NCBI GenBank assembly: GCA_023245335.1 | Contig: JAHFKK010000001.1 | Location: 363,282 to 427,281, forward strand | Direction of reading: 5' to 3' | Length of the DNA: 64,000 bases | Source of the DNA: Candidatus Gottesmanbacteria bacterium | Lineage (GTDB): Bacteria > Patescibacteriota > Microgenomatia > UBA10105 > UBA927 | Part shown: piece by piece, positions 17,153 through 26,637 of the stretch | Layout of the letters: every line of letters starts with the position of its first letter | Numbering within the stretch: the stretch's first letter is position 1 | Notes under the pieces: generated by a model | What the model was told of the DNA's origin: nothing | Database searches by the model: none | Seen by the model: the letters and a program-made list of their open reading frames with translations, nothing else | Position numbers and translations under genes: made by a program

Positions 17153-19354
17153 ATGAAAGTAATTACCAAAACGGCTGAAATAGCCGGGAAGAAGTTAAGT
17201 TTGGAAGTCGGTCGGTTTGCCGAACAGGCCAGTGCCGCAGTGCTTGCACGATACGGCGATACCATGGTCCTTGCGACGGTCACCGCATCAAGCAAAGAAA
17301 CAACGCTGGATTATTTCCCGTTAAGTGTCGAGTATGTTGAACGGCTTTATGCCGGTGGCCGCATCAAAGGCAGCCGTTGGGTGAAGCGGGAAGGCAGGCC
17401 GACAGATGATGCAATCCTTGCAGGTCGGGTTATCGACCGGTCGATCAGGCCGCTGTTTCCCAAAAGCTACAACCATGACGTACAGGTCATCATAACCGTT
17501 CTTTCTATGGACGGAGAACATGATCCGGATGTGTTGGGATTGGTTGCGACATCAGCTGCAATTGCCATTTCACCTATCCCGTGGAACGGCCCGATCGCAG
17601 GAGTCAGGATGGGGTATGTCGCAAATAGCGAAGGCGGGAAAGGCGCATATCTCGTCAATCCGACGTCTACGGAACAGGAAACAAGCGAATTTGATTTCGT
17701 CGTTTCTTCCGACCGCACGAAAGTCGTGATGCTCGAGGGCGGATTCTGTGAAACACCGGAGCCTTTAGTGTTTGAAGCGATCAAAGAAGCCAAAAAGGTC
17801 AACGGTGAGATCATTGATCTTATCGATTCCCTGGTCAAAGAAGTCGGGAAAAAGAAAATCGCGCTTTCCGAAGTTTCGGAAGCGGATGACCTCAAGAAGA
17901 AAATTGAAAAAGACTACAAGAAAGAGATGGCCGAAGCGTTTGCCAAAAAAGCCGAGAAGGAATTCGGCGGCGATGAAGTAACCGCGCTGGCCGCGAAAAT
18001 CGTTACTGATTACGGCACGGACTACACGACCAAAGATGTAGAAGCCGCGCTTGACGCCCTGTTCAAAAAACAGGTCCGTGAGAATGTATTGACCGCCGGC
18101 AAACGGTTTGACGGACGGAAAATCGATGAGGTACGCCCCATCGAAATCGAAGTGGGCATACTTTCCCGGACACACGGAAGCGCCATGTTTAAACGGGGTC
18201 AAACCCAGGCGCTCACGGTCGCGACTCTTGGTACGCCGAGTCTTGAACAGCTTATCGAAAGCCCGATGGGTGAGGAATCCAAGCGGTATATCCATCACTA
18301 CAGCATGCCGCCGTATTCCGTCGGGGAAACCGGCCGCGTTGGGACACCGTCGCGCCGCGAAATCGGTCACGGAGCGCTCGCAGAACGGGCACTTTTGGCG
18401 GTCATTCCGAGTGAAGACGTGTTTCCGTATACCATTCGGTTGGTCAGCGAAATCATGTCCAGCAACGGATCCACATCTATGGCGTCAACCTGCGGATCGA
18501 CGCTCGCGCTTATGGATGCGGGAGTTCCCATCAAAGAACCGGTTGCCGGTATTTCTGTAGGACTCATGACCGATAAGGAAAAGAAGAACGGCAAGTATGT
18601 CCTTCTTACCGACATCATGGGGATTGAGGATTTTTCCGGTGACATGGATTTCAAAGTCGCGGGTACCAAAAATGGTATCACGGCGATCCAGCTCGATATC
18701 AAAATCGACGGATTGACGGATGAAATCTGTGAGGAAACGCTGGAGCGCGCACGGGTTGCGCGTATGGGCATCTTGGAAAAGATGCTCGCGGTGATTTCCG
18801 CGCCGAGGACGAACGTATCCCAATACGCGCCGAAGGTGAAGGTCATCAAGATCCCGACGGAGCGAATCGGAGAGGTAATCGGTCCCGGAGGGAAAGTCAT
18901 CCGCAATATCATCGCGACAACCGGCGCGACCGTAGACGTCAATGACGACGGCTCGGTATTTATCTCCGGTACGGATGCGGACGGCGTCCAAAAAGCCGTG
19001 GAATGGGTAGAGGGACTCACCCATGACGTCGAAGTAAACGAAGAATTTGAGGGAGAAGTCAAACGCATATTGCCGTTTGGCGCCTTCGTCGAAATCTTAC
19101 CGGGCAAAGAAGGCATGGTCCACGTCTCACAGATGTCGACCGGTTTCGTCGATAATCCGGAAAAGGTTGTCTCCATCGGACAAAAGGTAAAAGTCCGGGT
19201 CATGGAAATTGACGATATGCACAGGATCAATCTCTCCATGCTTTTTGGAGAAGATGCCAAAGCAAAACCAGCCGAGTCGCGAAGCGGTGGCGGTGACCGC
19301 GGCGGCAGGGGTGGCGGACGTGGCGGCTACGGCGGCGGACGAAGACGGTATTAA
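17153..19354 (+). CDS. pnp: Polyribonucleotide nucleotidyltransferase (PNPase) with RGG-rich C-terminal tail
   Basis: Two RNase PH domains, a KH domain (IPTERIGEVIGPGGKVIRNI) and an S1 domain, then GGGDRGGRGGGRGGYGGGRRRY. Confidence 0.95.
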   Translation: MKVITKTAEIAGKKLSLEVGRFAEQASAAVLARYGDTMVLATVTASSKETTLDYFPLSVEYVERLYAGGRIKGSRWVKREGRPTDDAILAGRVIDRSIRPLFPKSYNHDVQVIITVLSMDGEHDPDVLGLVATSAAIAISPIPWNGPIAGVRMGYVANSEGGKGAYLVNPTSTEQETSEFDFVVSSDRTKVVMLEGGFCETPEPLVFEAIKEAKKVNGEIIDLIDSLVKEVGKKKIALSEVSEADDLKKKIEKDYKKEMAEAFAKKAEKEFGGDEVTALAAKIVTDYGTDYTTKDVEAALDALFKKQVRENVLTAGKRFDGRKIDEVRPIEIEVGILSRTHGSAMFKRGQTQALTVATLGTPSLEQLIESPMGEESKRYIHHYSMPPYSVGETGRVGTPSRREIGHGALAERALLAVIPSEDVFPYTIRLVSEIMSSNGSTSMASTCGSTLALMDAGVPIKEPVAGISVGLMTDKEKKNGKYVLLTDIMGIEDFSGDMDFKVAGTKNGITAIQLDIKIDGLTDEICEETLERARVARMGILEKMLAVISAPRTNVSQYAPKVKVIKIPTERIGEVIGPGGKVIRNIIATTGATVDVNDDGSVFISGTDADGVQKAVEWVEGLTHDVEVNEEFEGEVKRILPFGAFVEILPGKEGMVHVSQMSTGFVDNPEKVVSIGQKVKVRVMEIDDMHRINLSMLFGEDAKAKPAESRSGGGDRGGRGGGRGGYGGGRRRY

Positions 19355-19540
19355 ACGACCGAATGCCGAATCTGTGCATAAGCAGCGCCCACAAAATATT
19401 CATGTTTCTTCAACTCCCTCGTGAAGTGAAGATAGCTATACGTACCCTCGTGTTTTCACCCGTACGTAAGGGATCGCTTAAATCCGTTGGTCCGTATTGG
19501 TTTTAGAGTATTGTATTGAAGAATTTGTTATGATGATACT

Positions 19541-20626
19541 ATGTCAAAGTTATTGGATGAAGTGACGATTCTCCGCAAAAAATTGCAGGAAGTCCACGTC
19601 CCGCCCGATTTGGAAGCACGGGTTACGGCAAACCTCGAAGAGATTGAGCGGTTGGAGCATGATATATCCGCACGTGTGCATATCGAGCAGATGATGCGGT
19701 ATATAGATTGGGTCATAAATCTCCCGTGGGATATACGAAGTAAAGATACGCTGGATCTTGCGAATGCGCGGAAGATTTTTGAATCACATCATTATGGACT
19801 ACAGCCGGTCAAGGAACGCATTCTTGAATATTTGGCGGTATTAAAGCTCAATGAAGACCGATGGGAAAAAGAAAAAAAAGTGGAGGAAGCACACTCGACG
19901 CACTCCATGTTAGCCCGGCGTGCACCGATTTTGTGTCTCGTCGGTTTGGTCGGTACCGGAAAGACGACACTCGCAAAATCCATTGCCGAGGCGATGGGCA
20001 GACAGTTTGTCCGTATAGCCTTCGGAGGTATGTCCGATGCGCTGGAACTGCGTGGTCAGTCACGCGTCCGGCCCGATGCGGAAATCGGCCTTATCCTCAA
20101 AGGATTGCGGTATGCGGGCACCAAAAATCCGGTCATGTTGCTGGATGAAATCGACCGCGTATCCGAGGCCACCCGGGGAGATATCATGGGAGTCCTGGTC
20201 GAGCTTTTGGATCCGGAACAAAATTCCGCGTTTGTGGACCATTATCTCGATTACCCATTTGATCTATCAGACGTTCTTTTCGTCGCGACCAGCAATAATA
20301 CGACCAATATCGCGACAGCAGTGCTTGATAGGTTGGAGCCTATCCAAATGCCTTCGTATACGGATGAGGAAAAGATAAAGATCGCCAGGGAATACGTCAT
20401 GCCCGCACTCCTTCACGAATCAGGGCTTACGTCAGAGAATTTATCGATTGATGATGCAATCTGGCCGAAATTAGTACGGCCTTTGGGGTATGATGCCGGT
20501 ATACGGAGTATTGAACGGACACTCAATAGTCTGTGTCGTAAAGTAGCGTTGTCCATTATCGAAGGAAAGGCAAAAACATTTCGCGTCGACGAAACCAACA
20601 TCAAAGACTTCATCGAAGCGTATTAA
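19541..20626 (+). CDS. Lon-like AAA+ ATPase module lacking the N-terminal LAN domain and the C-terminal protease domain
   Basis: Lon signature stretches HYGLQPVKERILEYLAV, Walker A LVGLVGTGKTTLAKSIA, GRQFVRIAFGG, LLDEIDRVS, LLDPEQNSAFVDHYLDYPFDLSDVLFVATSN and LDRLEPIQMPSYTDEEK. The protein ends after the alpha-helical subdomain. rnj starts 10 nt later. Confidence 0.75.
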   Translation: MSKLLDEVTILRKKLQEVHVPPDLEARVTANLEEIERLEHDISARVHIEQMMRYIDWVINLPWDIRSKDTLDLANARKIFESHHYGLQPVKERILEYLAVLKLNEDRWEKEKKVEEAHSTHSMLARRAPILCLVGLVGTGKTTLAKSIAEAMGRQFVRIAFGGMSDALELRGQSRVRPDAEIGLILKGLRYAGTKNPVMLLDEIDRVSEATRGDIMGVLVELLDPEQNSAFVDHYLDYPFDLSDVLFVATSNNTTNIATAVLDRLEPIQMPSYTDEEKIKIAREYVMPALLHESGLTSENLSIDDAIWPKLVRPLGYDAGIRSIERTLNSLCRKVALSIIEGKAKTFRVDETNIKDFIEAY

Positions 20627-20635
20627 GGACCATAC

Positions 20636-22384
20636 ATGAGAAGAATTTTTATTTCAAAACCCGCCCAACTGCCGACCCGTCAGCATGTAAATTTCGGCGA
20701 GTACGGATCAGGCAAAGATTCCGTACGTATCGTTCCGCTTGGGGGATCGGGGAATGTCACCAAGAACATGTATCTCTATGAGTACCGGTATGACGGGAAA
20801 CTGTCCGATATCCTCATTGTGGATTGTGGCATCGGATTTCCGGATGATGAGATGTTCGGCGTGGATCTGGTGCTTCCCGACATCCGGTATCTGTCTGACA
20901 AACGGGATAAAATCCGCGGATTGGTCTTCACGCACGGGCACGATGATCACATCGGAGGTATTCCATATATCTACCCCAAGCTAGGTCACATCCCCATGTG
21001 GGGCCCGAAGCTCGCTGCGAGCTTCGCGAATCTGAAACTCAAAGAAACCGGTATCCGCGAACGGGTGCGGGCGCTCAACTTTGACGATCATATCGATATC
21101 GGACCGTTTCATTTGTCCTTCATACGTTTGACGCACTCGGTACCGGATACATCACACATTGTCATCGAAACTCCTGTCGGCATTTTTTACCATGGCAGCG
21201 ATTTCAAGTTCGATCCGACGCCACTTGATGACAAGCCGTCGGAATTGTGGAAAATAAATGCGGTGGGAAAAAAGGGCGTCTTGTGTCTACTCTCCGACAG
21301 TTTAGGGAGCGAACGGCCCGGGTTCACGCCGTCGGAACAGATTATCGGTGAAACGATCGAGAAAGAGCTGAAATTGAGTGCCGGCAAGGTGTTGTTTACG
21401 ACGCAATCAAGCAACATCTCCCGTATACAGCTTGCGATCGAGATAGCGATAAAATACGGTCGGAAGATCGCATTTCTTGGCCGGAGCATCGATCAGAATG
21501 TAGAAGAATCGGTCAAGTTGGGATACATGAAGTTCCCGCGGGATGTCATCATACGTGATCAGGATTTGAAACGCATGCCGGCAAACAAACAGTTTCTCAT
21601 CGTCGCAGGGGCGCAGGGCCAGTCGACATCGAATCTTTCGAGGATCGCTAGCGACAATCATAAATTTGTACACCTCACCGATCAGGATACGGTTATCCTT
21701 TCTGCGGATCCCATCCCGGGCCGGGAAAACGATGTTGATCGCCTGATAAATAATATTTATCGGCATGGGAGCCGTGTCGCGTATTCCGACATTATGGAAG
21801 ATCTGCACGTTTCCGGACACGGCAGCAGCGGGGATATGATGCTCCTTTTGTCCGCATTGGGACCGAAATACGTGATGCCCATAGGCGGCACCTATAAACA
21901 CCTTATGCAATACCGTAGGCTTGCTATGGATCTGGGGTACGATAAACGCGCGGTACTCATCCCCGATGACGGAGAAGTGCTTGAGTTCCGGAAAGACGCT
22001 GCGCCTCGGGTGGTTGACCATCTCACCCTTGAGCACGTCATGATTGACGGGTTGGGGGTTGGAGACGTGGGGTCTGTTGTCCTTCGTGACCGGCAAACCA
22101 TCGCTCATGAAGGGATTGTGGTCGTCGTCGTACCCATAGAGGAGGCAACGGGCAGGATGACCAGTCCGCCGGAGATCATTACCCGGGGATTTGTCTACGT
22201 CAAGGAAGCCGGACGGCTTCTTGATCGGTCGACGGATGTCGTTTCCCGCTCGCTTCGTCTCAAGAAGGGGAGAATCCAGGATTGGCAGTTTGTACGGAAA
22301 CAGATAGAGGAGTCGCTCGGAGAGTTTCTTCTCAAAGAAACCGGCAGGCGGCCGCTTATCGTACCGGTAGTACTAGAGGTGTAG
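20636..22384 (+). CDS. rnj: Ribonuclease J
   Basis: Metallo-beta-lactamase motif VFTHGHDDHIGG, a beta-CASP region and an RNA-metabolising C-terminal region. 582 aa. Confidence 0.9.
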   Translation: MRRIFISKPAQLPTRQHVNFGEYGSGKDSVRIVPLGGSGNVTKNMYLYEYRYDGKLSDILIVDCGIGFPDDEMFGVDLVLPDIRYLSDKRDKIRGLVFTHGHDDHIGGIPYIYPKLGHIPMWGPKLAASFANLKLKETGIRERVRALNFDDHIDIGPFHLSFIRLTHSVPDTSHIVIETPVGIFYHGSDFKFDPTPLDDKPSELWKINAVGKKGVLCLLSDSLGSERPGFTPSEQIIGETIEKELKLSAGKVLFTTQSSNISRIQLAIEIAIKYGRKIAFLGRSIDQNVEESVKLGYMKFPRDVIIRDQDLKRMPANKQFLIVAGAQGQSTSNLSRIASDNHKFVHLTDQDTVILSADPIPGRENDVDRLINNIYRHGSRVAYSDIMEDLHVSGHGSSGDMMLLLSALGPKYVMPIGGTYKHLMQYRRLAMDLGYDKRAVLIPDDGEVLEFRKDAAPRVVDHLTLEHVMIDGLGVGDVGSVVLRDRQTIAHEGIVVVVVPIEEATGRMTSPPEIITRGFVYVKEAGRLLDRSTDVVSRSLRLKKGRIQDWQFVRKQIEESLGEFLLKETGRRPLIVPVVLEV

Positions 22385-22554
22385 CGTTGGGTCAGGTGGG
22401 GTGATGATTTGGTATCCGATGAGATCCCTCGACAAGCTCGGGATGCCATAAGCATGGCACTTGACTCCTGCTCTATATTACTATAGGATATTTAGGGGAC
22501 AGGGTAGTGGCTATTCGTTGAAATGGAAGGCAGCGCTTACGTATACTTACCTAT

Positions 22555-24729
22555 ATGGCATTTAAGTTCAAATCAAAACCAAAACGCAGGTATCATAAAC
22601 GCCGCGGGTTTGGTCTCAAACTCAAAAAGCAGACCATCTATACCGTGGCAGCAATCTGGTTTTGGCTGTTTGCAGGTATCATTTGTCTTTCGTTTTTCGG
22701 CGAAGGACAAATGCTGTCTACGCTTCGAAACGCTCTCAACAGTCACTTCGGATGGATCATGTATCCGTTGCCTATATTTTTAATTTCCGCAAGCACGCTT
22801 TTTTTCAAAGTGAAGTCTGATTTAGGGAATCAGAATATCCCCTTGGGGTTGGGTATTCTACTGTTCGGGCTTATGGGGCTCACTCAGGCCGGAGACATAG
22901 GGATGACGCTGTCAACGACGGTTTCCGATGCCATAGCGCCAGAGGGCGCTATATTACTTTTTTTGGGAGTCCTTCTTATCGGATTTATTGTCATTTTCAA
23001 TACATCACTTGACCGGTTTATGAATTTCCTTCTGGGTGGCGTGCAGATGATCGTCGAGTGGTTTTCGTCGCTTGGCAAACGGGGTACTTTGGAGAAGTCG
23101 GACGTATTCGGCAGACGGAAAGATATCCTCAAAATTCGTACGACCGATATAGAGCCGCTTCTGAAACAACCCATGACTCCGCCGCCGGTACCCACAAAAG
23201 GTGCTGCGGGGTCGAAAGATACCCGGGCGGCGAATGATCTCAAGATTCCCCGTCCGCTTCCGCAACCGCAGGACATGAAACTCTGGGAATATCCGGATGT
23301 CACCCTTTTGTCTGATGGTCCGGGCGAGAAAGCTGACCGGGGAGACGTACGCAAAAACGCCGATACGATAGAAAAGACGCTGGACAGCTTCGGGATACAA
23401 GCGCAGGTAGTTGAGGTAAACCCCGGCCCTGCAGTCACCCAGTACGCTATGAAGATCGCTCTCGGCACCAAGGTGTCCAAGGTGACGTCGCTCGCGAGCG
23501 ACATGGCGCTCGCCCTTGCCGCACCTACCGGACAGGTGCGTATAGAAGCTCCCATCCCGGGACGGGATTTAGTGGGCATCGAAATTCCCAATCGAGGGTT
23601 AGAGTTTGTCACCCTCAAAAAAATGCTGACGTCCGACGCGATGCGAAAAGCGAAAAGTAAACTTGCCGTAGCGCTGGGACTTGATGTCGCGGGGAATCCG
23701 CTTATTGCCGATATCGGGAAGATGCCGCACGTTCTGGTTGCCGGTACGACTGGTTCCGGTAAATCCGTACTCCTCAATTCCTGGATCTGCAGCATTCTTT
23801 ACAAGACGACCCCTGCCGAAGTGAAGCTTATCCTGATTGATCCGAAACGAGTAGAGTTAGTGGGGTATAACGGCATCCCCCATTTATTGACGCCGGTCAT
23901 CGTCGAGACAGACAAGATTCTCTCAGCACTTCGGTGGGCGACGCAGGAAATGGAACGCCGGTATAAGCAGTTTGCGGAAGTAGGAGTCCGCAACATCGAT
24001 AGTTTCAATGAACTGTCAGGATTCCAGGCGCTTCCGTATATCGTCATTTTCATAGATGAGCTTGCGGACCTTATGGGATATGCACCGGTCGAGGTGGAAG
24101 ATACCATTTGTCGCATTGCCCAAATGGCACGGGCGACCGGCATACACCTCATTGTTGCGACCCAGCGACCCAGCGTCGATGTCATCACGGGACTTATCAA
24201 AGCAAATATTCCTGCGAGAATTGCGTTCAATGTCTCTTCCATGGTTGATTCCCGCGTTATCATTGATTTGCCCGGCGCCGAAAAGTTATTAGGCCGCGGG
24301 GACATGCTGTATGTTCCGCCGGATCAGGCGAAGCCGATGCGTATCCAGGGAACGTATGTGTCGGAAAAGGAAGTAAATAAGGTTGTAGAGTTTTTCAAAA
24401 ATAAACCGGTGACCGTAGAGTATAAAGATGAAGTGCTCAATCAGCCGGCGAGCGCCATGAAACGGGGCGGCGGCGGTGGCGGCGCGGACGGGCACGATCA
24501 GTTATTTGAAGACGCACTTCGGCTCGTATGTCAGTATGATAAAGCTTCTGCATCGCTTCTCCAGCGCAGGTTGTCGGTCGGGTATGCACGCGCGGCCCGA
24601 ATACTTGATCAACTGGAAATGGCAGGGGTTATCGGTCAGGGTGAAGGATCGAAGCCACGCGACGTCCTCATCAAAGACCCTAATGAATTTTTAGCGCAGC
24701 AACAGCTGGCGCAGGATCAGGATGCGTAA
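22555..24729 (+). CDS. ftsK: DNA translocase FtsK/SpoIIIE
   Basis: N-terminal TM helices, motor-domain Walker A VAGTTGSGKSVLLNS, and a C-terminal gamma winged-helix (LFEDALRLVCQYDKASASLLQRRLSVGYARAARILDQLEMAGVIG). Confidence 0.9.
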   Translation: MAFKFKSKPKRRYHKRRGFGLKLKKQTIYTVAAIWFWLFAGIICLSFFGEGQMLSTLRNALNSHFGWIMYPLPIFLISASTLFFKVKSDLGNQNIPLGLGILLFGLMGLTQAGDIGMTLSTTVSDAIAPEGAILLFLGVLLIGFIVIFNTSLDRFMNFLLGGVQMIVEWFSSLGKRGTLEKSDVFGRRKDILKIRTTDIEPLLKQPMTPPPVPTKGAAGSKDTRAANDLKIPRPLPQPQDMKLWEYPDVTLLSDGPGEKADRGDVRKNADTIEKTLDSFGIQAQVVEVNPGPAVTQYAMKIALGTKVSKVTSLASDMALALAAPTGQVRIEAPIPGRDLVGIEIPNRGLEFVTLKKMLTSDAMRKAKSKLAVALGLDVAGNPLIADIGKMPHVLVAGTTGSGKSVLLNSWICSILYKTTPAEVKLILIDPKRVELVGYNGIPHLLTPVIVETDKILSALRWATQEMERRYKQFAEVGVRNIDSFNELSGFQALPYIVIFIDELADLMGYAPVEVEDTICRIAQMARATGIHLIVATQRPSVDVITGLIKANIPARIAFNVSSMVDSRVIIDLPGAEKLLGRGDMLYVPPDQAKPMRIQGTYVSEKEVNKVVEFFKNKPVTVEYKDEVLNQPASAMKRGGGGGGADGHDQLFEDALRLVCQYDKASASLLQRRLSVGYARAARILDQLEMAGVIGQGEGSKPRDVLIKDPNEFLAQQQLAQDQDA

Positions 24730-24760
24730 CGGGATTTAACTTTTATAATGCTTCTCTATT

Positions 24761-25399
24761 ATGAAAACCGTCGGCTTCATGCTAAAGGAAAGGCGTCTTG
24801 CTAGAGGGTTAACGCCGGCGGATATAGAACGCGCGATAAAAATCCGTGAGAAATTTATTATCGCAATCGAGGATGATCATTTTCATCTCCTTCCGTCTCC
24901 ATCGTATGCAAAAGGATTTGTCCGGAATTACGCAGAATATTTGGGACTTTCCACAGATCAGATATTGGCGTTTTTCCGCAGACAGATGACGGAAACGAGT
25001 GGCGCGAGTCTCATACCAAGTGGAGTTGCCGATCCTTTGAATGCCCCGCTTATTCACCTCACCCCCGGCAGATTCATCGGGATACTCATATCGCTTCTCC
25101 TCATCGTATTTTTTGTATACCTCGGCGGTCAGTATTATCGTATCAGTCAGCCGCCGGTGCTCGCCGTCGACGCCCCACAAAATCAGGCAATCGTATCGGA
25201 AAAGCATGTCGTCGTGACGGGTAAGACCGATTCCGACGCGACCGTTATGATAAACGGTGTCTCGGCGGTCGTCCGTGATGACGGGCAGTTTTATTATCAG
25301 GTCGCGGTCGACCCCGGAGTAAATAAAGTGACGATCACCGCAACGAGCAAGTTCGGAAAAACAAAAACAATTGTACGGGAAGTAGGGTATCAACCGTAG
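24761..25399 (+). CDS. rodZ: RodZ-like cytoskeleton protein (HTH plus TM plus C-terminal domain)
   Basis: N-terminal XRE-type HTH (LKERRLARGLTPADIERAIKIREKFIIAIE), one TM helix (FIGILISLLLIVFFVYLGG) and an extracytoplasmic beta-rich C-terminus. Confidence 0.6.
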   Translation: MKTVGFMLKERRLARGLTPADIERAIKIREKFIIAIEDDHFHLLPSPSYAKGFVRNYAEYLGLSTDQILAFFRRQMTETSGASLIPSGVADPLNAPLIHLTPGRFIGILISLLLIVFFVYLGGQYYRISQPPVLAVDAPQNQAIVSEKHVVVTGKTDSDATVMINGVSAVVRDDGQFYYQVAVDPGVNKVTITATSKFGKTKTIVREVGYQP

Positions 25400-25563
25400 T
25401 GAGTATTAGTTTGGTGTTGTTTGTGATATTGACCTGCGCGCGCATAGGAGATACCATGATGAAGTCTGTTCCAAGTGAATAGAACGTAGTAAGTAGAAAG
25501 TAGACAAAATATTATCTACTCACGAACAACTACTTACTATTTTCCGTTTACTCATTCCTGCCT

Positions 25564-25833
25564 ATGGATCCCGTACAAATTACCATTATTGCCATAAGCT
25601 TCATCCTCACACTTCTTTTAGTTGTCTTGGGGGTACAGGTCTGGTATATTTTCAAAGAAATCCGCACGTCTCTCGTGAAAGTAAACAGCATGCTTGACGA
25701 TGCCAAAAAGGTCACGTCCACCGTCGGTGATTCCGTGAGCGGTATGGCTGGGATAGCAAGCGGTATACGCGCAGCGCTTTCCGTGTTTAAGGTTTTTAAG
25801 AAAAAAGATAAAGATGAAGAAGAATACGACTAG
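25564..25833 (+). CDS. DUF948-like small membrane protein
   Basis: 89 aa with an N-terminal TM (ITIIAISFILTLLLVVLGVQVWYIF) followed by a helical region, as in YtxG/DUF948. Confidence 0.45.
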   Translation: MDPVQITIIAISFILTLLLVVLGVQVWYIFKEIRTSLVKVNSMLDDAKKVTSTVGDSVSGMAGIASGIRAALSVFKVFKKKDKDEEEYD

Positions 25834-25957
25834 CCCGCCTACGCTTACTTTACGGCTTTTCAGTACTATTCGTACACGCCGTAAAGAGCGCGTGAGCGGC
25901 GGGTCTAAGAAACAGTAGTCCCGATAAGAATCGGAAACTGTTTCTAAGAAAGGAACT

Positions 25958-26347
25958 ATGAGTGACAACAACCATGACGGAAAATTTTTCTTCGGATTTT
26001 TTCTCGGCGGACTCATCGGAGCACTCGTTATCTTTTTTCTGGGCACCAAAGAGGGTAAAAAGCTGGAAAAGAAGCTTGAGGTCCGCGGTAAGGACGTCCT
26101 GGATGAACTGGATGAGAAGCTAGAGGAACTGGAAAAAAGCGGTAAGGAACTGGTCAAGCAAGGGGAAGCGATCAAGGAGCGCGTCATGGATACATTTGAA
26201 GAGAAGAAGGAAGAGATGACCGACGCTACTGTCGAAAAAATCGATTCAGCGCTTGCGCATATAGAAGCACTGCAAAATAAAGGTGCGGAAACGACCAAAG
26301 ACATCCGGAAGAAATTTACGAACCTTCCGAAGAAACGATCCGTCTAA
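25958..26347 (+). CDS. YtxH-like stress protein (Gly-zipper TM plus charged coiled coil)
   Basis: FFFGFFLGGLIGALVIFFLGTKEGKK matches the YtxH N-terminal motif. The rest is a K/E-rich helix. Confidence 0.5.
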   Translation: MSDNNHDGKFFFGFFLGGLIGALVIFFLGTKEGKKLEKKLEVRGKDVLDELDEKLEELEKSGKELVKQGEAIKERVMDTFEEKKEEMTDATVEKIDSALAHIEALQNKGAETTKDIRKKFTNLPKKRSV

Positions 26348-26637
26348 GTTTTTTGACTTTTTCTCGGTCAGTGCTATCCTTCGGTGTGACAATATCTCCT
26401 CATGAACGTTCCGAACGGGATTCGGCGGAAGCATTTTATCGTGATTATCAGTGGAAGGGAAAAAATTGTGTTGCCAGACAAATGCTCTTCGGGACTAACG
26501 GCTGGGATGGACTACTACATCTTGTTCCGATACCCCTGCGGATCAGCATACGTCTCGAAGTTAAGAAAGAAAAAGCTGCGGCGGCACTAAAAGAATGTAT
26601 GCGTACGCGTGGACCGTTTGATATATAATCACTTCGT

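Noticed and set aside
18367-19260. 297 aa minus-strand ORF inside pnp, plus 17765..18370
   Set aside because: Antisense to a confidently identified PNPase. Ser/Thr/Pro-rich antisense composition.
21407-22108. 233 aa minus-strand ORF inside rnj
   Set aside because: Antisense to RNase J, which has clear beta-lactamase and beta-CASP motifs.
22884-23795. 303 aa minus-strand ORF inside ftsK
   Set aside because: Antisense to FtsK. Ser/Ala/Pro-rich low-complexity translation.
24809-25393. 194 aa minus-strand ORF opposite the rodZ-like gene
   Set aside because: The + strand product has a coherent HTH-TM-domain architecture, while the minus ORF has no recognisable features. Coding potential is assigned to the + strand.
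25618-26304. 228 aa Ser/Phe-rich minus-strand ORF
   Set aside because: It is the antisense translation of the K/E-rich DUF948 and YtxH genes, which produces Ser/Phe runs, and it spans their intergenic region. Not a plausible protein.
26353-26628. 91 aa and 62 aa + strand ORFs in the aminotransferase leader
   Set aside because: Odd amino-acid composition, no RBS, and an overlapping alternative frame. Treated as a non-coding leader (see the finding) rather than genes.
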